A stretch of 57,547 nt of DNA from Bacteriovoracaceae bacterium (GTDB lineage Bacteria > Bdellovibrionota > Bacteriovoracia > Bacteriovoracales > Bacteriovoracaceae), in the NCBI GenBank assembly GCA_018649885.1, contig JABIHA010000142.1, positions 1 through 57,547 on the forward strand, read 5' to 3'. This document shows, piece by piece, positions 1-9,868 of the stretch (position 1 is the first letter of the stretch; each line of letters starts with the position of its first letter). Both the position numbers and the translations under genes were made by a program. Under the pieces are notes generated by a model that was not told the DNA's origin, ran no database searches, and saw nothing but the letters and a program-made list of their open reading frames with translations.

Positions 1-272
1 AAGGAAGAGGGTCAAACAAAATGGCCCGCAGCTAGTAAAAATAGAGTTGAAATGTCGCAGGAAATTTCAACCAATTGACACTGAAATTTTATTTTGACTG
101 AGGGCGTTTTGTAAACGCAAGTCGTGACTACTGCATTTAAAGAATGATATTTAAGCTCAGACATTCAAAGTGGCCCATGTTTCCTCTTTCAAGCAACTAT
201 AAATCCCCCGAACCAACACAACATTCCACATCAAATGAATCACACCATTGAATCTTTAATTTTCACTGATTT

Positions 273-3200
273 TTAGAAATTTGTAACACCACCACATCTA
301 AAGCCAGCAAAGTTACCTGTTCCAGATCCAGTGTTAAAAGTTGGGTGATGAATTACTCCTGTATCGTCTTCTGTTCTTTGAAATTTGACACTATATCTTC
401 CAGCATCAGAACCTCCAGACATCACACTTCCCCCACTTAAGGCTCCACCGAAATCTAAATCTCCAGCATCGATGTCTGCAGTATCGAAATTAATGTTGTC
501 TCCATGAAGTTGGGCCGAAGTAATTCCTCCAGCAGATCCTATAACAAGAGAGTCCCCTGCATAGGCACTATATTTATAGGTATTAACAGATATCAACCCT
601 ACGCTGAAAATAAAATTATCTGAACTGTAGGCTTTGTCAGTATAATCCCACGAAGTCATATCTGTTCCACCATTATTTGGTCCATCCATTCCATCGAAAT
701 CGAGCTCAGCAGCTGCCGCTCCTCTCGCACTGCCAGTAATAGGATCATAACTTCTGTATTCACAAGTTCCTCCTGCCCAATTTGTGCAATCGACAAAATT
801 TAAACCCCATTCTGCTGCATTTCCGATAAGATCTTGAATTCCATATCTTGACTTGCACAGTGAAGTCGCAGTAGAAGCCGTTCTCACGAGCTCTATATTT
901 GATACTGCCGTACCAGGTAGAGTATCTGCCAGTGCAGATGCAGGCACTTCAGCATCTACATAGGTTAAACCATTGCTAGTTTGGGAATTACAGTAATAAA
1001 GGCTGTTGAGAGAACCACCTTCTTCCATGGTATTTATAGTTGTATCTGAATAGGTATTTTCATCCCACGCCGATGCCGCAACAAACTCCTGTCTTGATAA
1101 AAGTCTAGCATTAAGACTTATTGCATTTCCATCTCCCTCAGCAATTCCGATGGCCTGGTCAGCATGTGTACAATATGCTTGAGCTTGATTTTGACTGACA
1201 TTAGTTAGAGGTGGTAAATGACCTACGTTTAATGGATATCCTGTAGTAGCAGTTGCACTTAAGTCAGTTCCACCATTGTTTAATACTCCTGAGGTATTTG
1301 CTGCCAGACCTCCATTTCCAATTTCAGTCCAAGTTGTTCCGCCTCCCGCATCAGCAACATAGCACTTTCCGGTAGACCTTTCATAGTATAGCTCGCCACT
1401 GGCAAAAGAATCATAGAATGCTGCGTTTGGATCACCTGTCCCAATACATCCATTTCCAGTTGAAGAGCATGCAGTTGATCCAGCAGTAGCATAATTACAA
1501 CCCGCTTCAAATGTATCCACAATTAAATCACCATCTAAGTCATAGTAGTCACCAGCCGCACTTTGTCCCGGCCCAGTAAACTGACATCGATAATTATTAC
1601 TACTATCATAAGCCATACCCATCTTAGTACAGGCCTCACGATTCGCAATCCACCGATGAACAAGCGACATATTATTCGGAGGATAAATCACCCTAATCTT
1701 AGCTTTAGTTTCAGTAGAACCAGTAACCTTCCCATTATCTGCAATGGCCCCAATGATAAAATACAGTGGAACCCCCGCAATAAAAGCACCATTCTCATCC
1801 AAACACTTATATGGATTAGACAAACTTCCCGTCGTTCCAGGATCCTCTCCTGTCCCATTGTAGTGATAGGTATTATAGGTAAGCGAATCCGTAGACAGAA
1901 ACTGCCTAGTACTAGAACTCAATGTATCTGACACCAGAGGCTGGTTAAAATCAAAGTATTTGTAATCATCTTTAAGTGAGCAAAATATTTTATAACCTGA
2001 AGTTGCACTTGAGCCAAAAAGTGTAAAGGCATTCCAAGTCAGATCTATGTATCCTGCAGAAATAGTATTTGCATCATGATCAACAGATTTGCCCACAGAT
2101 TTTACATTTTTCCAATCTCCGTGAACTGCTGATACCGCATTAACAGTTATATTAAAATAATCAAGAAAAGTTGTAGCGGCACCTCCATCGTCAGATAGCC
2201 CCATCTTAATACAAACTGATCCTGTTTGCCCTCCCACTGGAGTGACTCCCAAATAATAACTTAATTCGGTGTTGGCGGGGCTAAATTCAGTACCACCATT
2301 ATAATTTGTTCCATCATCAATATTAGTGAAAGTACCTGTAGCGCTACTAATGGCATACCATCCAGCACTTCCCCCACTAGTTTGATTGATAAAGTTAAAC
2401 GAAAAGTTAGCAGAAGGATGTAAGGCCGTATTGTAATTAGTTTGTTGTGTTGTTGTCAGCCCACAGCTCCCATCACTATATTCTGAGTCCGTAGCTAGTA
2501 TGACTTTAAATTCTGCAGAAATCTTTTCAGAGGCAGGGTCACCTAATCCTTCTGTTAAACCAGTCAATAGAATATTTTCAGTAAGTCCCTCATTAATATC
2601 AATATCAGCAATAGCGTCCAATGTAGGCGGCTGATCAACATCATTAACATTAACCAAAATCGCACCACTACTAATAGCACTAAACGCCGTAGAAGCCGCA
2701 GTAAAAGATCCCGCCCCAGAGTGTGCATCTTCAAGAATATAATCAAAACTTGTTGTCCCACTGGCCGAGGCTGTTAATCTAAAAACGATTCCCGAAGCAC
2801 TAGCGTTCCCTGCACCATCACCAAGTGTAAGCTGAGTTGTGTTATCAGTTGGGCTTCCCAGCGAAACACTATTGTAGAAAACCTCAATTCCCGAATAAGG
2901 AAGAACTGCTGTATCAGATGAAGAAACCGAAACTAATAAGTGTTGATCATCTTCGCTATTTCCACCAGAGGTATTTATGCTGTCTTCATCGACTGTAAAA
3001 TCTAAGTCAAGGGTTGAGCCTTCAGAAAAACTCACGCCATTAGTAAGATAGCCTACTCCAAGTCCACCTGATAGATCGGCCTCCGGAGCATCGTTTACCT
3101 CTGTTACAGTCATAGTAAAAGTATAACTTTGAGTGGCAGCTCCATCACCTGAAGCATGCCCATCATCATCATCTAATTGTAGAGTAATAACGGCGGTTCC

Positions 3201-4496
3201 ATACTGACCTGCCATTGGAACTAGAGTCAGTTCGACATCAGAGCTTGCGGCCATGCCATCGAGATCATTTGCATCTAAGCAGTCCCCACCTGTGACTGCA
3301 TCCAGATCCCAAATTCCAGTTCCAGAAGCAGTTGTCGCCCCACCACCATCACAACCAAGGGTATTACCTGTAGAGGTTGGATCAAAAAGAGCAGAGTTAG
3401 AACTGGTCAGGGTAAAGTCAACGCCATCAGCATCTTCATCAGTTCCACCACCTTCTCCCCAGTGCATATAAAAAGTGGTGGCCGTCTCTTCGGCAACAGT
3501 CATATCAGCTGGAGATCCCGCAGTATATGTCCCTGAATCATCAGTATTAAATTCAATAATTTTTGGAGCATCATTTTTAGCTGTATAAGTAAAAGAACGA
3601 CTGGAAAATGTAGCACCTGCAACCTCACCATCAGACTCTGTACTATCTGAAGTTTGTCTAACTTCAAAATCTAATGTCAGCGTTCCGTTTTCATCGGCAT
3701 CGGGGACAATTTCAACCCGTACATTATTAACATCAGCAGAAGAAGTACTATCTCCCAGAGAACACCAGGTACTTATGGCACAACTACCAAGTGATGTTGC
3801 TCCATAATAAAAATTCACTGTGGATCCACTATCCATCATAGTGGTGGCCGACTCTGCTACATAAACATCGATGCCATCAGCATCTTCATCTAGGCTTCCA
3901 CCTTCATCTGCCGTCAAATAAAAATTTAAAGTAGTGTCCTCATCCATAGTTGCTGCTGCAGAAATATTAAAAATTGTTGGATTATCATCAACAGCTGTAA
4001 TTGTCACAGTGATGGTTCCCACTGAAACTGAATAACCTTTTCCGTCATAAAGTTTATAATAAATGGTATCGACTCCTGCTGAATTAGCGCTAGGAGTATA
4101 ATTACAAGTTAAGTCTGAAGCACCTGTAGAGCCAGTCTTATTCATACAATCGGTCAGGGTCCCCATAGCAGCATCTGATGTAATAATATAAGAAAGAGTA
4201 TCCCCATCTTGATCTGATCCGGCACCCACACTAAAACTAACTGCACCAGCATCTTCTGTGGCCGCGACGGCAACATCTGAGCCGGGTGAGGGGTAATGAT
4301 TGTTGTTTACAACTCCATCGAGTTCATCATTACTAATACATCTTCTAACGGTGGCCGAGTACGTCTGACCTGAGGAGCAATCAGTTTTTTTCTGATCATT
4401 GAGACAAGCAGATACTAGTGGAAACATAAGGATCCACCAAATCATCTGACTCATTTTAAATGTCCTGAAACACTTATTTTCTCTCATTATTCTCAA
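273..4496 (-). CDS. Large surface lipoprotein/adhesin with cadherin-like (tandem-95/Ig-like) repeats and a C-terminal FGE-sulfatase (CLec-fold) domain
   Basis: Lipobox LVSAC; Ca-binding linker motifs TAVDDNP, TAKNDAP, TEVNDAP, NDVDQPP; C-terminal RLLSRQEF...YGIQDLIGNAAEW...GGS...GFRC. The true start may be one of the later Met codons. Confidence 0.75.
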   Translation of the reverse strand: MRIMRENKCFRTFKMSQMIWWILMFPLVSACLNDQKKTDCSSGQTYSATVRRCISNDELDGVVNNNHYPSPGSDVAVAATEDAGAVSFSVGAGSDQDGDTLSYIITSDAAMGTLTDCMNKTGSTGASDLTCNYTPSANSAGVDTIYYKLYDGKGYSVSVGTITVTITAVDDNPTIFNISAAATMDEDTTLNFYLTADEGGSLDEDADGIDVYVAESATTMMDSGSTVNFYYGATSLGSCAISTWCSLGDSTSSADVNNVRVEIVPDADENGTLTLDFEVRQTSDSTESDGEVAGATFSSRSFTYTAKNDAPKIIEFNTDDSGTYTAGSPADMTVAEETATTFYMHWGEGGGTDEDADGVDFTLTSSNSALFDPTSTGNTLGCDGGGATTASGTGIWDLDAVTGGDCLDANDLDGMAASSDVELTLVPMAGQYGTAVITLQLDDDDGHASGDGAATQSYTFTMTVTEVNDAPEADLSGGLGVGYLTNGVSFSEGSTLDLDFTVDEDSINTSGGNSEDDQHLLVSVSSSDTAVLPYSGIEVFYNSVSLGSPTDNTTQLTLGDGAGNASASGIVFRLTASASGTTSFDYILEDAHSGAGSFTAASTAFSAISSGAILVNVNDVDQPPTLDAIADIDINEGLTENILLTGLTEGLGDPASEKISAEFKVILATDSEYSDGSCGLTTTQQTNYNTALHPSANFSFNFINQTSGGSAGWYAISSATGTFTNIDDGTNYNGGTEFSPANTELSYYLGVTPVGGQTGSVCIKMGLSDDGGAATTFLDYFNITVNAVSAVHGDWKNVKSVGKSVDHDANTISAGYIDLTWNAFTLFGSSATSGYKIFCSLKDDYKYFDFNQPLVSDTLSSSTRQFLSTDSLTYNTYHYNGTGEDPGTTGSLSNPYKCLDENGAFIAGVPLYFIIGAIADNGKVTGSTETKAKIRVIYPPNNMSLVHRWIANREACTKMGMAYDSSNNYRCQFTGPGQSAAGDYYDLDGDLIVDTFEAGCNYATAGSTACSSTGNGCIGTGDPNAAFYDSFASGELYYERSTGKCYVADAGGGTTWTEIGNGGLAANTSGVLNNGGTDLSATATTGYPLNVGHLPPLTNVSQNQAQAYCTHADQAIGIAEGDGNAISLNARLLSRQEFVAASAWDENTYSDTTINTMEEGGSLNSLYYCNSQTSNGLTYVDAEVPASALADTLPGTAVSNIELVRTASTATSLCKSRYGIQDLIGNAAEWGLNFVDCTNWAGGTCEYRSYDPITGSARGAAAAELDFDGMDGPNNGGTDMTSWDYTDKAYSSDNFIFSVGLISVNTYKYSAYAGDSLVIGSAGGITSAQLHGDNINFDTADIDAGDLDFGGALSGGSVMSGGSDAGRYSVKFQRTEDDTGVIHHPTFNTGSGTGNFAGFRCGGVTNF

Positions 4497-4533
4497 CTCT
4501 TTTGTGCCCCCGCACGTGTTCGTATCCTAAGGC

Positions 4534-4561
4534 CTTTCGGGTGACCGATCAAATTACTTTA
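4534..4561 (-). promoter_or_regulatory. Possible sigma28-type promoter for the adhesin gene
   Basis: Minus strand TAAA-N16-CCCGAAAG resembles TAAA-N15/16-GCCGATAA. Confidence 0.3.
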
Positions 4562-4775
4562 ATCAGGTACTTGCCACATTTTAACATTTGAGGGCCTATC
4601 AACTTCAGTTGGGCCAAATAAAAATTATTGAAATATTCAAAAGCCCCAACTAATCGAGCATTTGGAGATTCGCTGGTTTCTCCACCTAAATAAATTCCCT
4701 ATGAGGTAGCGCCAGAAGTTGTGGGCAAAGCTGACCCCCCTCCACAAAAAGACTCAGTGCATCCAAAATAGGACT

Positions 4776-5669
4776 ATGAGTATTTTTCTAAAACTAAAGA
4801 CGCTGATTTTGGCCGCACTTTTTTTCACAATCTCTCAGTCTTCTCTGTATGGTTTTGAATTGGCAGTTATTCAATCTGTCAGTGTTAACGGCGAGAGCTT
4901 TGTCACAAGAAACGGGAAACAATTTGGCATCATCCCAGGCCAAGAGATGACTTTTCTGACAGACGAATTCTCTGTTGTGGCCAAGGCCGATAAAGTAACT
5001 AGGCACTTCACTCTATGGAAACCTGTAGACAGTAAACTCAACGTCCCCTTTCACAGAGAACAAATAGTGACCATGCAAAAAAGCAGTGAAAGAAATTGGT
5101 CCATGTTTAACCCCGAACAAATTGCCAATGGGGGGATTAGATACCCCTACGCACTTATTGGCCGTTGGTATTACGGAAAAGGACTCTCCCAAACAGTTTC
5201 CGGAGTTGATAATATCTCCACGGACCGAACCAGTTATCAAATTGAGGCCCTGTGGCAAAAAAAGGTTTTTGGTCATTTTGCATTTGGCTTTGGTGGAAGA
5301 ATTGAAAGAGAATTAAGTGAAATACAAGTAGCCAATATAGTTTCCACAAGATGGTTTCTGATTGGAGAGGCATCTTACTATTTTGGAAAAACAGAATTAA
5401 TAACCGACCTCAACCCCTACTTTGCTCTCACTATAGGTGTGGGAAGAAGTAGCTCTACCGTCGCCAACTCCAATCAATCGGGCATGGCCTATGTGCTCCC
5501 TTGTGCTAGATTTGGAGCTGAAATTCCTATGGGAGATGAGTTTGCCTTGCAACTTGAAGGGGCCCTTGAATCTCTCAATGCCAATGAAACATTTGATAAT
5601 AATCACCCAACAAGTATGAACCAAATTAGTTATAAGCTGGGTATCTCTTTAATGTCTTTGTATCGTTAG
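4776..5669 (+). CDS. Secreted protein with C-terminal outer-membrane beta-barrel
   Basis: AGGA RBS before ATG at 4776; signal peptide; alternating amphipathic strands (LNPYFALTIGVG, FALQLEG, YKLGISL). Confidence 0.6.
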   Translation: MSIFLKLKTLILAALFFTISQSSLYGFELAVIQSVSVNGESFVTRNGKQFGIIPGQEMTFLTDEFSVVAKADKVTRHFTLWKPVDSKLNVPFHREQIVTMQKSSERNWSMFNPEQIANGGIRYPYALIGRWYYGKGLSQTVSGVDNISTDRTSYQIEALWQKKVFGHFAFGFGGRIERELSEIQVANIVSTRWFLIGEASYYFGKTELITDLNPYFALTIGVGRSSSTVANSNQSGMAYVLPCARFGAEIPMGDEFALQLEGALESLNANETFDNNHPTSMNQISYKLGISLMSLYR

Positions 5670-6360
5670 AAATTGAAGACAGCATCCTTCCAATCTCCCG
5701 GCGAGAGCGGGCACTGAGTCTATCCTTACCATATTGAAAGAAAATCTTAATGATCTCATTTTTTTCCGTCTGCTTTTGAGTGCCAGAAGCTTCCCAGCCT
5801 CTCACAAGTTTTAATTCTTTTTCTAAATACTTGTCAGTCCACTTATCTCTTAGTCCGTAAAGCCTTTGAACAAATACATCAAGGAGTTCCTTCATAAAAG
5901 TAAGTCTTGGACTCGAAGGTCTGGTCATCTCAACTTTTAAATCTTCAAGAAAATAACTTAAATTAAATTTCTTATTTATCTTTCCCACAAATGGATTAAT
6001 TCCCTGTTGTGATAATAAAAAAGCTGCAATTTTATACTTCCTTGACATCAAGGCCACAGATAGAGGACTCACCCCACTCTCATCAATATAATTGATATTA
6101 GCGCCCAATAATATATGCTCAGTCGTAGATTTAAAGTCACCTTTATGAATAGAAATAAGAAGTGAGCGACCCATTTCTTTGACACCCAAAATATCACCCA
6201 CACGGCTAAGGCTTAAATTTCTCAGATAAACGGCCCTTCTATGCTCTCTTCTTTCATGGCCACTAGGTGAATTAGCAGCGATCGCCATCTGAGACAATAG
6301 GACAGTTGATAATACAAAAAATCTTAAACATAAGACGGCCATAGCTCTTCCCGTTCGCAT
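5626..6360 (-). CDS. Secreted ankyrin-repeat protein
   Basis: Signal peptide; GANINYIDESGVSPLSVALM...IAAFLL ankyrin motif. Confidence 0.65.
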   Translation of the reverse strand: MRTGRAMAVLCLRFFVLSTVLLSQMAIAANSPSGHERREHRRAVYLRNLSLSRVGDILGVKEMGRSLLISIHKGDFKSTTEHILLGANINYIDESGVSPLSVALMSRKYKIAAFLLSQQGINPFVGKINKKFNLSYFLEDLKVEMTRPSSPRLTFMKELLDVFVQRLYGLRDKWTDKYLEKELKLVRGWEASGTQKQTEKNEIIKIFFQYGKDRLSARSRREIGRMLSSISNDTKTLKRYPAYN

Positions 6361-6436
6361 GGCCTTCCACTGTCTAAAAATTTGACACTTAATAGGCCTG
6401 ATTTGCTTTAAAATTCACTAATTACCTTCTCTATGC

Positions 6437-6452
6437 AGCAAGAAATATGCCA
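6437..6452 (-). promoter_or_regulatory. Sigma54 (-24/-12) promoter upstream of the ankyrin gene
   Basis: Minus strand TGGCATATTTCTTGCT has exact GG-N10-GC spacing, about 77 bp upstream of the start. Confidence 0.55.
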
Positions 6453-6496
6453 AGTTCTGACTTGAATAAGTCCGTTCAGAGACCTAACATTTTAAA

Positions 6497-6991
6497 GTGA
6501 AAAATATCATATTTGCCCTTTTTCTTGTTTGCCTGATTCCAAAGGCAAATGCCTTGATCAGACTCGGAACTGGCGTCTCGGCAGTAACTGAGGGAAGAGT
6601 CCATCCCCTTATTTTCGGAGGAGTGGATGCAGGTGATCTTGCTTTCACTGCCTACTCGGTAGGCTATAAATCTTCTTATAGCTATCACTCTGCCTATCAA
6701 GTAAATTTCTTCTTTAACTTTTTTCCAAAGGAAACTTTTATTTGGGGCCACTTCGTTGCAGGTGCTGGTTGGGGAGTTCACTTTTTTGAAAAAGGCTTCC
6801 AAGGTGGACCTTCCGATAGAAGACTAAAGAAACGAAATTTTGCAACCGGACCAACTATTAGAGGCCTTTGGCATTACGCTGGCCCATTATTTATTGGTCT
6901 TGAAGCAATGTATGGAATGAGAAACCTCGGTGCTCACATTCTCCTCAGCACTCAAGATACTGCTGCCCTCATAGTGGGGTTTGAGATATGA
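6497..6991 (+). CDS. Small outer-membrane beta-barrel-like protein
   Basis: Signal peptide (PKANA); Gly/aromatic-rich strands; ends IVGFEI. Confidence 0.55.
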   Translation: MKNIIFALFLVCLIPKANALIRLGTGVSAVTEGRVHPLIFGGVDAGDLAFTAYSVGYKSSYSYHSAYQVNFFFNFFPKETFIWGHFVAGAGWGVHFFEKGFQGGPSDRRLKKRNFATGPTIRGLWHYAGPLFIGLEAMYGMRNLGAHILLSTQDTAALIVGFEI

Positions 6992-7392
6992 AAAAAATAC
7001 TACTATTCACCCTATTTTTTCTGACCACAATAAGTATCAATCCAGCCAGTGCTAAAAGTAATAGCTCAAGAAGTGAAGCTTCCATTGGACATTTTTTTGG
7101 GGCCTTTGGACCGCTTTGGGGCCCGGGCTCTTTTAGAATTGGACATAAATCTTGGGAGCTGGGTCTTTTAGGTGCAGGAATGGTTGGGATTAATAAGAAC
7201 CTTCAGCTAAGTGACAATATCTACACCTCCTTTGGATTTGGAACCATGGATGGCCTGGCCTTTTTTACAGCTGTAGGCTCTGAGTGGAATATATTTTGGA
7301 AATTAGACTTTAGAATTGAGGCCAATACAATGGCGAGCATTGAAAATTATCACGGCATAAACTGGTTGGTGGGAATACAACTTGCAATATAA
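6988..7392 (+). CDS. Small secreted beta-rich protein
   Basis: Signal peptide; ATGA overlap with the previous gene; ends WLVGIQLAI. Confidence 0.55.
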   Translation: MKKILLFTLFFLTTISINPASAKSNSSRSEASIGHFFGAFGPLWGPGSFRIGHKSWELGLLGAGMVGINKNLQLSDNIYTSFGFGTMDGLAFFTAVGSEWNIFWKLDFRIEANTMASIENYHGINWLVGIQLAI

Positions 7393-7403
7393 AGAGATTT
7401 AAT

Positions 7404-8111
7404 ATGAAAAAAAATATCGCTTTCAAAGTTTTTAAAATCATCAATATTTCCCTATTTATAGTTATGACACTTGGCTTTCGTTCACTCACTAACAAAAGGT
7501 GGGGGATCACTCCAAAAGATCCATGGCTTTGGGTAAAGATTTGCGAGGGAAGCTTAGCAAAAACTTTTTCCACAGCTGAATTTAATGACTTTGAAGATTT
7601 TAAAATTGATGGTCAAACTGAGGTGACTATTCAAGACCTAGTCACCTCACTTGTAGCGGATATCAATAACCTTCAATCAACTTTTGTCAAAGTTGGAGTG
7701 TATCCCACTGATACATCTGTCTATACCCTTGGCTTTGACTTAGATACTGCAGGCTCAAGAACAGTTGATCTATGTCTGGCCAGCACAGGTATTCCCGGGG
7801 CAGGTGGTGTGGCCAAACTATCTTACTCTGGTAATGCTATTACTAGCTGCACCATGAATATAAAACAAAGAGATAGTGCCAAGTCTTGGGCCGGAAATTT
7901 TGTTCACGAAATTGGCCACTGCTTCGGACTTGATCACCCACAAGAGAGTAGCAGTGCGATTATGAGCTACTATCATAAAAAAGGTGACGGCGGAATATAC
8001 CGCTATCAAGCTGATGACCTAATGGGCGTTACCTATCTCTATCCCATGCCCCATCCGGGATGGTCCTTAAATGAAGAAGATACCTACGGGCTAGGCTGCG
8101 GATTCAAATAA
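7404..8111 (+). CDS. Matrixin/M10-like zinc metalloprotease
   Basis: HEIGHCFGLDH (HExxHxxGxxH) plus Met-turn SAIMSY. Confidence 0.85.
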   Translation: MKKNIAFKVFKIINISLFIVMTLGFRSLTNKRWGITPKDPWLWVKICEGSLAKTFSTAEFNDFEDFKIDGQTEVTIQDLVTSLVADINNLQSTFVKVGVYPTDTSVYTLGFDLDTAGSRTVDLCLASTGIPGAGGVAKLSYSGNAITSCTMNIKQRDSAKSWAGNFVHEIGHCFGLDHPQESSSAIMSYYHKKGDGGIYRYQADDLMGVTYLYPMPHPGWSLNEEDTYGLGCGFK

Positions 8112-8203
8112 ATTTTAGCTAGTTTGATTATACTGTACTCACGTGATCAAGCTTTTCAAGCAATCTTTGATCACGCGAGTATAAAGCTGTGGTAAAATAT
8201 CTT

Positions 8204-8818
8204 ATGAGCGAAAGACTACTTCTCATCATTGAAGATGAAACTGATATTAGTGAAGTCATGAAAGACACTTTAGAAGATGAGTTTTCTGAAATCTTCTGTT
8301 GTGAAAATGTGGTGCAGACCTTAGAGCACATTGAAAAAAGTACTTTTGACTGCATCATTTTAGACATTAATTTGGATGGAGAAAATGGCGCATTAGTTCT
8401 CAAGCACCTCCAAGAAACTCCTGATAATCCCAACCACCTCACTCCCGTTATTATCAGCAGTGGATTTATTAACGAAGATTTTAAAGAAAAAAATGCTGAC
8501 CGCTTTGCAGGTATATTTAGTAAGCCCTTCCATCCCGATGAGTTCAAAGCAAATATTGTTGATCTGCTCGGAGAATTCACAGATGTTCAAGATGATGAAT
8601 CAGTTGAAGAAGAAGATCTCGATGACTTATTAGACGAAGTTGAAGGCGAGGAAGAAGATCTCGATGATTTACTAGACGAAGTTGAAGCTGAGATTGATGA
8701 AGAAGGTGAAGACGAAGAGGCCAGCGCTACTTTTAAATCTAAAGAATCAGAGAATATGACCACAGAAGAAGATCTTGATGACCTATTAGGTGAACTCGAC
8801 GATCTCGAAGAAAAATAA
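8204..8818 (+). CDS. Response regulator (REC) with acidic repetitive tail
   Basis: IIEDE, ILDINL, ISSG, SKPF; tail carries EEDLDDLL three times. Confidence 0.85.
   Translation: MSERLLLIIEDETDISEVMKDTLEDEFSEIFCCENVVQTLEHIEKSTFDCIILDINLDGENGALVLKHLQETPDNPNHLTPVIISSGFINEDFKEKNADRFAGIFSKPFHPDEFKANIVDLLGEFTDVQDDESVEEEDLDDLLDEVEGEEEDLDDLLDEVEAEIDEEGEDEEASATFKSKESENMTTEEDLDDLLGELDDLEEK
8609..8789 (+). repeat. Coding repeat: two ~37-bp copies at a 42-bp period plus a partial third
   Basis: gaagaagatctcgatga.tta.tagacgaagttgaag at 8609 and 8651; gaagaagatcttgatgacctattag at 8765. Confidence 0.85.
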
Positions 8819-8819
8819 A

Positions 8820-9770
8820 CTACATTAATCCAATTTGCTCAAGTCTTTGCTCTAAGAAAGTGTGGGCCGAAATATCTGGAAATTTGGCCCCACTCCCCAC
8901 ACAGCTTGGCAAACAATTTAGAGATGCCTCAGGATGAGGGTGTACAAAAAATGGCATTGAATAGCGGTGGGTATCGTAATTATCAGAATCTGGATTTATC
9001 ACACGGTGAATTGTAGAGGGAATCACCTCGTTTGTGAGACGACTCATCATGTCTCCTGCATCAACAACAAGCTCTCCAGGTCTTGTGGCCACATCCAGCC
9101 ATTTTTCATCTCGGTCTAGCAGTTGCAGCCCTGAGCCTCTGGCCCCAACTAAAAGAGTGATTAAATTAATATCACCATGAGCAGCCGCTCTTATAGAGCC
9201 CGTTTTGACTTGCTCTTTTTTTACAGGTGGATAGTGAATCATTCTTAGAATTGAATTACCATCTCTGGTCATGTCTTTAAAAAAAGTATTTGGCAGATCG
9301 AGGTGATAGGTTAAGGCCTCAAGAAGTACATCTGAAGTTTGATCAAGATTTTGATATAGCTTTAAAAAAGTTTCTTTAAATTCTTTAATCTGGGATGGCC
9401 AAATATTGGCTGGATAAAATTTTTCGAATTGATGGCCACATGCAAGCTCTCTACCCACATGCCAGAATTCTTTGAGATCAGAGGCATTACAGCCTACGGC
9501 CCTCTCTTTTCCAAAAGGAGTGTAACCCCTTTGATTGCCCTTTTCACTACAAGTGAAATTCTCTTTTTCAATATCTGATAATGAAAAAAGTTGATGTGAT
9601 AATTCGTAGGCCTTATCAACTAGTGCTTGATCCACAATGTGATCAGTCAGTATTATAAAACCGTAATCCACAATCCCGCGGTAAAAATCATCGATGAATT
9701 TTTGCTTATCAAGGGGGCTCCCCTTAACAAATGATAATAGGCTTAGCTCAGCAACCCTTCTTTCCAACAA
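8820..9770 (-). CDS. Isopenicillin-N-synthase-family 2OG-Fe(II) oxygenase
   Basis: RGYTPFG, DLKE, HYPP, HGD...H...RYS metal and 2OG motifs. Confidence 0.9.
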   Translation of the reverse strand: MLERRVAELSLLSFVKGSPLDKQKFIDDFYRGIVDYGFIILTDHIVDQALVDKAYELSHQLFSLSDIEKENFTCSEKGNQRGYTPFGKERAVGCNASDLKEFWHVGRELACGHQFEKFYPANIWPSQIKEFKETFLKLYQNLDQTSDVLLEALTYHLDLPNTFFKDMTRDGNSILRMIHYPPVKKEQVKTGSIRAAAHGDINLITLLVGARGSGLQLLDRDEKWLDVATRPGELVVDAGDMMSRLTNEVIPSTIHRVINPDSDNYDTHRYSMPFFVHPHPEASLNCLPSCVGSGAKFPDISAHTFLEQRLEQIGLM

Positions 9771-9868
9771 GATCTTCTCCTAGACACAAAGTGCTATGCA
9801 GCACTTCTACGATTTTTGACCCAAAATCTCAAGGAAAAATTAATAATGGATCACACAAAACAACCAGA

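Noticed and set aside
1..600. Diversity-generating retroelement targeting the CLec-fold C-terminus
   Set aside because: No reverse transcriptase and no second, adenine-variant copy of the 3' end is visible in the window. A remote DGR cannot be excluded.
8609..8789. CRISPR-like repeats
   Set aside because: They are in-frame coding repeats with synonymous variation, have no unique spacers of regular length, and no cas genes are present.
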